Shown here: piece by piece, positions 45,937-53,715 of the stretch
How positions within the stretch are numbered: the stretch's first letter is position 1
Layout of the letters: each line of letters begins with the position of its first letter
Assembly: GCA_043718025.1 (NCBI GenBank)
Contig: JAYSWN010000158.1
Span: forward strand, 1 to 53,715
DNA length: 53,715 bases
Origin: Pseudomonadota bacterium
GTDB lineage: Bacteria; Bdellovibrionota; FAC87; UBA2466
Reading direction: 5' to 3'
The notes under the pieces: model-generated
What the model was told of the DNA's origin: nothing
Database searches by the model: none
What the model saw: the letters and a program-made list of their open reading frames with translations, nothing else
Made by a program: the position numbers and the translations under genes

Positions 45937-48795
45937 TCATTCCACGGGCGCGCAGGTGCAGAATAAATTGCGGTCTCCGTAAACATTGTCGACGCGCGCG
46001 ACCGCGGGCCAGAATTTGCGCGTCTTGGTCCACGGCGCCGGAAACGCCGCGAGTTCTCGTGAGTATCCGTGCTTCCACTCCCCCGCCACTTCGGTGGCCG
46101 TGTGGGGGGCCATTTTAAGCGGGTTGTCTTCGCGATTCCATTCGCCGCTGGCTACTCGGCCAGCCTCCGCGTGAATGGCAATCATAGCGTCGCAAAAGCG
46201 ATCAAGTTCTTGTTTCGATTCGCTCTCGGTCGGCTCTACCATCATAGTTCCGGCCACCGGCCACGAAATGGTCGGCGCATGAAAGCCATAGTCGATTAGA
46301 CGCTTGGCCACGTCTTCTACTTCAACGCCCGCCTGCTTCTTAATATCACGTAGATCGAGAATGCATTCATGCGCGACTAGACCATTAGGGCCGCGGAACA
46401 GCACCGGATAGTATTTCTCCAAACGCTTCACAATGTAATTGGCATTTAAGATCGCCACTTCGGTTGCGCGTTTTAAACCGACGTCGCCCATCATGCGAAT
46501 GTACATCCAAGGGATTACCAAAATACTGGCGCTTCCCCACGGCGCCGCCGAAACTGCGCTCACACCTTGTTTGCCACCTACGTTGGGCACCACCGAATGC
46601 GTCGGCAAAAATGCCGCCAAGTGCGCGGCCACCCCAATCGGGCCCATGCCCGGTCCACCGCCACCGTGCGGAATGCAAAAGGTTTTGTGTAAGTTCAAAT
46701 GGCAAACGTCGGCGCCATAATCGCACGGACGACACAAACCCACCTGGGCATTTAAATTTGCACCATCTAAGTAAACCTGCCCACCCGCCTCGTGAATCAG
46801 AGCGCAAATGGTTTTAATTTCGGTTTCGAACACTCCGTGAGTAGACGGGTAGGTGACCATCAAGGCCGCCAAATTCGCTTGATGCAAAGCGATCTTCTTT
46901 TTTAGATCGCCCAACTCGACGTTACCGTGCTCATCGCACTCCACCGCCACCACTTTCATTCCGGCCATCGCCGCACTGGCGGGATTGGTGCCGTGCGCCG
47001 ATTTAGGAATCAAGCAAACGTTGCGGTTTGTCTGGCCCTTAGATTCGAAAAACTTACGGATAACCAGTAATCCGGCGTACTCCCCTTGGGCTCCGGAATT
47101 AGGCTGGAGCGACATCGCGGAAAAACCCGTGATTTCGCAGAGCCACTTTTCTAGATCGTGAAACATTCTATGGTAGCCCACGGTATCGCTATGTGGAGCA
47201 AAAGGGTGAATGCCATTCCACTCGGGCCAGCTTACCGGATACATTTCGGCCGTGGCGTTCAACTTCATCGTGCACGAACCCAATGGAATCATTGAAAACG
47301 CCAGCGACAGGTCGCGTGCTTCGAGTGTGCGAATGTAGCGAAGCATCTCTGTTTCTGAGCGATGACGATGGAAAACTGGATGGGTAAGAAATTCGGTTTT
47401 ACGGGCTACGGCTTGCGGTAACTTCGACGAAACATTACGCCGAAGCTCATGCCACTGGCTCATCGCTTTGCCTTCGAGAAAAATGGAGGAGATGGTTTCC
47501 ACTTCGCCAATGGTGGACACTTCATCGAGCGTGATACCCAAATCGCCATTTTCGTAGACGCGCACCAAAAAGCCCTTGTCTTCAAACTTTTTTCGCCACT
47601 GTTCGGCTTTTCCATTTGTGGTGAAGCGAATCGTATTGAACAACGACTCGGCCCGCAGCGTGAACCCCAAAGTCTTCAATACATCGGCCAGCAAACAAGT
47701 TAAGCCGTGCACCCGAAGGGCAATTTTCTTTAAACCCTCGGGGCCGTGATAAACGGCAAACATTCCCGACATGATTGCCAGCAGCACCTGCGCGGTGCAA
47801 ATGTTGCTCGTGGCTTTTTCGCGGCGAATATGTTGTTCGCGGGTTTGCAAAGCTAGACGCGCGGCGGGACGCCCTTCCCGATCTTTAGATAAACCCACCA
47901 TGCGGCCCGGCATGCGGCGCTCAAACTCAGTTTTAGTGGCAAAGAAAGCCGCGTGAGGTCCGCCAAATCCAAGCGGAACTCCAAAAGCCTGGCTATTTCC
48001 AAAAACTACGTCTGCCCCCCATGCACCGGGGGCCTCGATTAGGAGTAAGCTCATCAGATCGGCGGCAACGCACACCAAAGTGCCGGCGGCCTTACACTTT
48101 TCGGTGAGCGGCCTGTAGTTGACCACCTCGCCATCGGTCGTCGGATAACTCAACAGCACTGCGAAGTAACCGCCCCAATTGGTAACCTGAGCCTCTTTGC
48201 CCACTTCAATTTCAATGCCCATTCCCCACGCGCGGGTTTTAATGAGATCGATCACCTGAGGGTGGCAACGTTCCGAAACAAAAAAATGAGTTCGTTCGGC
48301 CGTTTTTGAATGCCAGCAAAGGGCCATGGCTTCAGCCGCGGCGGTGGCTTCATCCAACAGCGAGGCGTTGGCCACCGGCAGACCGGTGAGGTCAACAACC
48401 AACGTTTGAAAATTTAAAAGGGCTTCTAGGCGGCCTTGGGAAATTTCGGCTTGGTAGGGCGTGTATTGCGTATACCAACCCGGGTTTTCTAAAACGTTGC
48501 GCTGAATAACGCCGGGCACCAGACAGTCTTGATACCCCATTCCCAACAACGATCGCCGCACGATGTTTTGTTTGGCGTAGCCCTTTAATTGCGAGGTAGC
48601 CTCAGTTTCAGAGGCCGGCGCCGGAAGGTCCAGGCCCCGCTTTAAACGGATCGAAGGCGGGATGGCCGCGTCGGCCAGTCCACTCAAAGAAGTGTGGCCA
48701 ATCGCCTCTAACATCGATTTTTCATCGGTGGGGTCAACCCCGACGTGGCGGTTTACGAAAGACTCTTGGATTTCTATAAAGTCTGCGATTTTCAT
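45937..48795 (-). CDS. gcvP: Glycine dehydrogenase (aminomethyl-transferring), P protein
   Basis: [36 protein letters not shown] and PLP-lysine [18 protein letters not shown]. Single-chain form. Confidence 0.98.
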   Translation of the reverse strand: MKIADFIEIQESFVNRHVGVDPTDEKSMLEAIGHTSLSGLADAAIPPSIRLKRGLDLPAPASETEATSQLKGYAKQNIVRRSLLGMGYQDCLVPGVIQRNVLENPGWYTQYTPYQAEISQGRLEALLNFQTLVVDLTGLPVANASLLDEATAAAEAMALCWHSKTAERTHFFVSERCHPQVIDLIKTRAWGMGIEIEVGKEAQVTNWGGYFAVLLSYPTTDGEVVNYRPLTEKCKAAGTLVCVAADLMSLLLIEAPGAWGADVVFGNSQAFGVPLGFGGPHAAFFATKTEFERRMPGRMVGLSKDREGRPAARLALQTREQHIRREKATSNICTAQVLLAIMSGMFAVYHGPEGLKKIALRVHGLTCLLADVLKTLGFTLRAESLFNTIRFTTNGKAEQWRKKFEDKGFLVRVYENGDLGITLDEVSTIGEVETISSIFLEGKAMSQWHELRRNVSSKLPQAVARKTEFLTHPVFHRHRSETEMLRYIRTLEARDLSLAFSMIPLGSCTMKLNATAEMYPVSWPEWNGIHPFAPHSDTVGYHRMFHDLEKWLCEITGFSAMSLQPNSGAQGEYAGLLVIRKFFESKGQTNRNVCLIPKSAHGTNPASAAMAGMKVVAVECDEHGNVELGDLKKKIALHQANLAALMVTYPSTHGVFETEIKTICALIHEAGGQVYLDGANLNAQVGLCRPCDYGADVCHLNLHKTFCIPHGGGGPGMGPIGVAAHLAAFLPTHSVVPNVGGKQGVSAVSAAPWGSASILVIPWMYIRMMGDVGLKRATEVAILNANYIVKRLEKYYPVLFRGPNGLVAHECILDLRDIKKQAGVEVEDVAKRLIDYGFHAPTISWPVAGTMMVEPTESESKQELDRFCDAMIAIHAEAGRVASGEWNREDNPLKMAPHTATEVAGEWKHGYSRELAAFPAPWTKTRKFWPAVARVDNVYGDRNLFCTCAPVE

Positions 48796-48902
48796 ATTTT
48801 GGCGAGAGGCTACTAGGCGAATTCGAGGTTGCCAATACGTACCCTTTGCCGTTTTGTTTCTTTAACCGGATTCAATGGTTGGCTTAATTGGGCGGAGGCA
48901 CT

Positions 48903-50891
48903 ATGTCGCGACTTCTATTGCTGGTGGGGTTACTCTTTTTGAATATGAATACCACTTTATCGGCCGGCACCGCCGAGCCCATGCCACTGCCCAAATGGCT
49001 CAGAATCCAGAACGCGGGGCCCCGTGAAAAAGTATGGGCCCTGCTTAACGAGAAAGAAAAAGCCTTTGCCTTCTACTTGATAGAAGCCGCCCGGCACGGC
49101 AAGACCTTGCTCTATTTCCAAACTCACCGCCACAGCCTGGCCATGCGCGAGGCCCTTACCGCGGCCTTTTCAAAGAAAAATATCGCGGCGACCAAAAAGC
49201 TGTTGGGGCCCGCGGGCTTCGACGAGATGCTGATTTACACGGCTAAATTCACCGACTCTGCGGGGCCATACGCCAGCTCCAATCGAAAATACGTGCTTAA
49301 ATCAGTTACCAAATCCCAAGCCGACTCGCTTTTTAAAACGCATCTGCCTAAAAAGTTTGCTTCCGCCCGGGCCGATATTGTGAATTTGGTGACCGATCCC
49401 AATTTTGAAGTGCGGCTGTATCCCGAGAGTCCAGACGGAGTGGGCCTTGAAGAGACCGGCGGCAACATTTACGAACGCGGCGTTAAAGGGGCCGAAGTAA
49501 AAGCCACGGTTGGAAAAGAACTCGATACTACATTGAATTGCCGAGTGGTGCGAAAAGCCGGCAAGCTCGCCTGCGAAATTCAGACCGTAAAATCGCCCGG
49601 AGTGGTGGGCGAGACCCTGAAAAAGGTGGTGGCGTCTTTAGCTAAGGCCCGCACCCTAGCGCTGACGCCAATGCAGGCGACCCAGATTGATGCCTTCATC
49701 AAATACTTTAACGAAGGGGTGGTCGAAGACTTTCGCCAGGGAAACATCGCCTGGGTAAAGGATCGCGCCAGCTCAAAGGTAGATTTCATGTTGGGCTGGG
49801 TTGAGGTTTACGAAGACTGGCTCGCCCGCATTGGAACTTGGGAGTCTTACGTTCAAGTGATCGACCCAGAAATCAGCCGGCGTGCCGAAGCCTTGGCGAA
49901 ATCAGCGCAATATTTCGAAGACGAGATGCCCTTCGGTAAATTTAAAAAGACATTTCCCGCTGACTACTCGCCGCCGGCGATCATGGTTTATTATTTTCAA
50001 GAGATCGCCAATTACCGGTCGGGTGGTTACAACCTGCCTAACTTTGACGACATTCGCCGCGACGTGGGGGCAAAAAATGTAATCCGCCTACCGCTGCCCG
50101 GTGAAGACACTGACCCTGAGCTGCGCGGCGCTTACGAAGAGATGCTGAATGAATTTGCTCCGGCGTCCAAAGTACAGTCGATGCTCAGCCAACGCGAAAA
50201 GATCTGGCAAAACCTGGTGCTGATGCACGAGATCATCGGCCACGGTTCGGGTACCTACGACATTGAAAAATACGGCAAGAACGAAGACCCGATTTCCGGT
50301 CTTGGTGCTCTGGGCAGTGCGCTCGAAGAACAGCGTGCGGACCTCGCCGCCCTAGTTTTTATGGGCGACAAAAAGCTCGTGGACATCGGGATTTACAAAG
50401 ATAAGGCGGAAGCCAAAACGATTCGCAATTTAGCCTACGACTACTACGTTGCTGATTTTTTGCGACGGACGTCTGGGCAACGCACTTTTACCGAGGCGCA
50501 CCAACGCGGCCACTGGCTGTTCCTAAAAAAGTTGTTAGATGGTAACGCGGTGCGCTGGGTGGCGAAAGATGAAACGTCACAACCCACCTTAGAAAACCAA
50601 GTGTTGGGAGTGGTGGATTACGACCGATTCTACGACGTGTCACGCAGTCTATTCAGTGAGCTGCAACGGATTAAAGCGGTTCGCGACGTAGCGGCTTTAC
50701 GCGAACTCTTCGCCAAGGATGCACCGCTAGAAGCCATTAATGAGCCTTGGGCAAAAGCTATTTTAACGCGGGGCAAGGATCTCAAGATAAACGCAGGTTA
50801 CGTAGAGCAGCCCTGGCGCGTTAGCCAAGATGGAAAGTACGAATCGTTTGGCGGAAAGACGCTTGAAAGCATTGCCCCTTATTGGAATTAG
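48903..50891 (+). CDS. Dipeptidyl-peptidase III (peptidase M49), signal-peptide bearing
   Basis: HEIIGHGSG hexapeptide zinc motif, EEQRADL, G.VEVY.D, G.NLPN.DDIR..VGAKNV and EAHQRG. Confidence 0.88.
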   Translation: MSRLLLLVGLLFLNMNTTLSAGTAEPMPLPKWLRIQNAGPREKVWALLNEKEKAFAFYLIEAARHGKTLLYFQTHRHSLAMREALTAAFSKKNIAATKKLLGPAGFDEMLIYTAKFTDSAGPYASSNRKYVLKSVTKSQADSLFKTHLPKKFASARADIVNLVTDPNFEVRLYPESPDGVGLEETGGNIYERGVKGAEVKATVGKELDTTLNCRVVRKAGKLACEIQTVKSPGVVGETLKKVVASLAKARTLALTPMQATQIDAFIKYFNEGVVEDFRQGNIAWVKDRASSKVDFMLGWVEVYEDWLARIGTWESYVQVIDPEISRRAEALAKSAQYFEDEMPFGKFKKTFPADYSPPAIMVYYFQEIANYRSGGYNLPNFDDIRRDVGAKNVIRLPLPGEDTDPELRGAYEEMLNEFAPASKVQSMLSQREKIWQNLVLMHEIIGHGSGTYDIEKYGKNEDPISGLGALGSALEEQRADLAALVFMGDKKLVDIGIYKDKAEAKTIRNLAYDYYVADFLRRTSGQRTFTEAHQRGHWLFLKKLLDGNAVRWVAKDETSQPTLENQVLGVVDYDRFYDVSRSLFSELQRIKAVRDVAALRELFAKDAPLEAINEPWAKAILTRGKDLKINAGYVEQPWRVSQDGKYESFGGKTLESIAPYWN

Positions 50892-50992
50892 TTTTTCCGT
50901 TTCAACCGCACCAATCGTGCGCCTAAGCCTTATGCAGTACGGCGTTACAATGCACCCGTGAGTTATTAGCGTTGCAGGCAACAGGAGCTGCC

Positions 50993-51976
50993 ATGCGAAC
51001 TACTTTACTTGCCATTGCTTTTTTCACGCTACCGGCCATTGCCGGTAATTTTTCATATTTAATCAAAAACCATCCGGCTCAGCCAAAGGGTTGTCACGAA
51101 ACCGCCGCCGATATTGGGGCGCGTTTTCAACAGGCCACCTCAATTGTGCCGACCAGAAGCCGCTGCATGGAAGAGACCGAACTTGGTTACCGCATTGAGA
51201 TCAGTTACACGGCTGAAAAGCCGGTGGAGCTGGTGTCTACTTCGAAGGCTTGGGGATCCATTACCGGGATCGGCCGTTACGCAACGATTGCTAATTGCCA
51301 GGCCGCTATGGATCAAGAAGCAAAAATTTTTGTTGAAGAGACCGGCTTAAAAGTTGCGCTCAACTTCTGCGCGAGAGACGGACTCTCGGGCGGCAAAAAT
51401 GTTTGGTACCCCCGGATCGACGGATTCGGAACGGCCAAACGCACTCCCCAAATGTCGACCTACCACTTTTTTGGCGTGCCAAAAGGGATTGATGGTCCCA
51501 CCATCCGCGAACGAATCTTTGCGGGCTTGCGGGCCCGCGGAATTCGTCCGGTGGCTTTGGTGTTTCGCTCGCACATGGCATATGGTGACGCCGCCGTTCA
51601 CTACTACGGCGAAGACCGAATCAATTTAGAGCTGATCGAAGCCACCAAAGTCGCCACGCTGGAACAGTGTGAGGCGCAAAATCTAGAATTGGCGGCAGCC
51701 TACGTAGGCCATGCCAACCCGCCTCTGGTCCATTATTGTGGACTTCCCCTCATTGGCAACGAGTTTGAGTTAAACGTGCTGTTCACGGGGAAATACCCCG
51801 AAGTCCGCTCCTCTAGTGAAAAGTTTAAAACGTTTGCCGACTGCGAGGCAGAACGTTCCACCCTCGTAACGTTTTATAAGCAGACGCTCAAGCTTCCGAT
51901 TCTCTTAGGGCTCTGCTCGCGCGGCAAACTAGAGCGTCAGTTCAGCATTGCGCTCTTCGAAGAATCCAGTAACTAA
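50993..51976 (+). CDS. Hypothetical secreted protein with internal Cys-pair repeats
   Basis: AGGAG RBS, signal peptide (…PAIA/GN) and repeated T...C(E/Q)A…C units. Confidence 0.75.
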   Translation: MRTTLLAIAFFTLPAIAGNFSYLIKNHPAQPKGCHETAADIGARFQQATSIVPTRSRCMEETELGYRIEISYTAEKPVELVSTSKAWGSITGIGRYATIANCQAAMDQEAKIFVEETGLKVALNFCARDGLSGGKNVWYPRIDGFGTAKRTPQMSTYHFFGVPKGIDGPTIRERIFAGLRARGIRPVALVFRSHMAYGDAAVHYYGEDRINLELIEATKVATLEQCEAQNLELAAAYVGHANPPLVHYCGLPLIGNEFELNVLFTGKYPEVRSSSEKFKTFADCEAERSTLVTFYKQTLKLPILLGLCSRGKLERQFSIALFEESSN

Positions 51977-52069
51977 ACATTCAAAATAAAAGCACAAAGA
52001 TTCGGACCCTTGGTCGGATCCGCAAGGAGCGGCCAAGGGTTAAGGGTTCTTGCCATTGCTAACCGGTAA

Positions 52070-53683
52070 ATGTACGACACTCGCGCGATGATACGCGAGG
52101 AGAGCCTAAAACTTTTAAAGAGCGAGAGTTACGATCTCCTGGTGATCGGAGGCGGTGCTACCGGTAGTGGAGTAGCGCTAGACGCTGCTTCGCGCGGTTT
52201 GCGCGTGGCCCTCATCGAGCGTTTTGATTTCGCTTCGGGCACGAGTAGCCGTAGCACTAAACTGATTCACGGTGGCGTTCGCTACCTTGAACTTGCCGTT
52301 AAGAGAATGGATCGTGGCCAGTACAAATTAGTAAAAGAGGCCCTGCACGAGCGCGCCACTTTACTAAAAATTGCACCGCATTTAGTAAAACGCATCGCCC
52401 TGCTCACTCCGCTCTATTCTCGCTTTGAGGTTCCTTATTATCTCACGGGCCTAAAACTTTACGATTGGATTGCTGGCCGTTCGGGACTAGAGCCCAGCCA
52501 CTTTGTTGGTGAGGAAGAGCTGATCAAAAAATTTCCGATGCTGAAACGCGAGGGGTTGCGCGGCGCGGTGGTTTATTATGATGGTCAATTCAACGATGCG
52601 CGTATGAACTTAGCGTTAGTGCACACCGCTTCCCAATTGGGCGCAGCGGTGGCCAATTACATTGAGGTTACCGGACTCATTCAGCGCAGCGGAAAAATTG
52701 CGGGCGTCAAGGCCCTCGATCATGAAACCGGCGACACCTTCGAAATCGCGGCGACCAGCGTCGTCAATGCCTGTGGCCCCTACGTAGATTCGGTTCGCCG
52801 GTTGGACGACCCCTCAATTGAACCGATGCTAACGGTAAGTTCGGGCGCCCATATCATTCTGGACAAAAAGTTTTCTCCGCCGGCGACCGGACTCTTGATT
52901 CCAAAGACCGAAGACGGCCGGGTGCTCTTCTTGTTACCGTGGCAAGGGCACACTTTAGTGGGCACCACCGAACAATCGGCAAAAATTGTGAATCAGCCTC
53001 AGCCTTCTGATGGTGAGATCGATTTTATTTTGCACGAACTCACCCGCTACTTCGCGGTAACCGTTGAGAAGAAGGATATTTTAGCTTCTTGGTCAGGGCT
53101 TCGCCCCTTGGTCAGCAGTCCCCAATCGGGGGATACTGCCGGGCTGTCGCGCGATCATTTCTTGGCCAAGAGCAAATCTGGCCTAATTACTATTACCGGC
53201 GGCAAGTGGACCACCTACCGCAAGATGGCGCTGGACACGGTAGACTTTGCGATTAAAACCCACGGCCTTAAGGCCAAGGGAAAGTGCCACACTCATGAGT
53301 TGTTGCTTATCGGCGCAAAAGATTTCAACTCAGCCTTGCCGGTAAAACTTGAGGCAACTTTTGGTTTTGATCCTGACGTTGCTGAACATCTGGCGAACAG
53401 CTATGGCGGCGAGGCGTTTGAAATCGGAAAACTCGCCAAAGAAGGGTTTTCGACAAGATTGCATCCCGACTATCCGCATCTGGAAGCAGAAATTCTCTAC
53501 GTGATTCGCTTTGAAATGGCCCGCAATGTCGACGATATATTATCGCGCCGCTTACGCCTGCGCTTCTTGAACGCCAAAGTGGCCACTGAGATCCGCCCCA
53601 AGGTGGAGAAACTGATCAAAGACCTCTCCCCTGGCCTTCTCTCCATTAAAAACATCAATGATGCCTGGCCAAAATTCCCCTAA
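52070..53683 (+). CDS. glpD: FAD-dependent glycerol-3-phosphate dehydrogenase
   Basis: VIGGGATG, GTSSRSTKLIHGGVRYLE, YYDGQFNDAR, WSGLRPL, GGKWTTYR and a C-terminal DAO_C domain. Confidence 0.95.
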   Translation: MYDTRAMIREESLKLLKSESYDLLVIGGGATGSGVALDAASRGLRVALIERFDFASGTSSRSTKLIHGGVRYLELAVKRMDRGQYKLVKEALHERATLLKIAPHLVKRIALLTPLYSRFEVPYYLTGLKLYDWIAGRSGLEPSHFVGEEELIKKFPMLKREGLRGAVVYYDGQFNDARMNLALVHTASQLGAAVANYIEVTGLIQRSGKIAGVKALDHETGDTFEIAATSVVNACGPYVDSVRRLDDPSIEPMLTVSSGAHIILDKKFSPPATGLLIPKTEDGRVLFLLPWQGHTLVGTTEQSAKIVNQPQPSDGEIDFILHELTRYFAVTVEKKDILASWSGLRPLVSSPQSGDTAGLSRDHFLAKSKSGLITITGGKWTTYRKMALDTVDFAIKTHGLKAKGKCHTHELLLIGAKDFNSALPVKLEATFGFDPDVAEHLANSYGGEAFEIGKLAKEGFSTRLHPDYPHLEAEILYVIRFEMARNVDDILSRRLRLRFLNAKVATEIRPKVEKLIKDLSPGLLSIKNINDAWPKFP

Positions 53684-53715
53684 AAGGTGCCCATCTACTT
53701 TTCAGCTGAAAAGTA

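Noticed and set aside
48796..48902. Glycine riboswitch upstream of gcvP
   Set aside because: The gap is only 107 nt, shared with a divergent gene, and no GGAGA…CCGAAG…CTCAGG aptamer is visible.
52006..52040. SRP (4.5S) RNA or c-di-GMP riboswitch
   Set aside because: It lacks the invariant SRP CAGG/AGCAG loop and the GGCAAAC…GAAA P2 of c-di-GMP-I. Kept only as an unassigned hairpin.
1466..52968. Numerous 60-180-aa ORFs overlapping major genes
   Set aside because: They are antisense or alternate-frame shadows of well-supported CDSs and carry no independent motifs.

Overview
This is a gene-dense bacterial chromosomal window. Gene content and order suggest a Bdellovibrionota/Oligoflexia-like or other 'deltaproteobacterial' genome (inference: mreC-mreD-mrdA-rodA without mreB beside ppiD, a long L28 with no CxxC, many orphan secreted proteins and lipoproteins). 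Housekeeping genes include rodA, mrdA, mreD, mreC, ppiD, xerD, fliA, hemJ, xseA, rpmB, rplX, tRNA-Thr(CGT), gcvP, glpD and hutG. The most striking element is a tightly packed, largely translationally coupled 10-gene operon (27829-39409) that looks like an undescribed lipid biosynthesis and trans-envelope transport system. It encodes a LolD/LolE-like ABC pair, a LolA-like carrier, an outer-membrane barrel, a DAG/sphingosine-kinase-family enzyme, a thioester-reductase SDR, an acyl-ACP-reductase-like fusion, a BtaA-like DUF3419 aminocarboxypropyl transferase, an OleC-like adenylating enzyme and a GNAT. An MFS/P450 pair lies next to it. Other oddities are a divergent DnaA paralogue with upstream DnaA boxes but no dnaN, an rpmB-rplX bicistron outside the spc operon, an orphan shortened flhF-fliA module, a WKNPE pentapeptide-repeat protein, a patatin lacking its DGG Asp, a secreted DPP-III, a decayed HNH gene and a CGTC-type REP doublet. 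All calls come from reading motifs by eye; no database searches were run.
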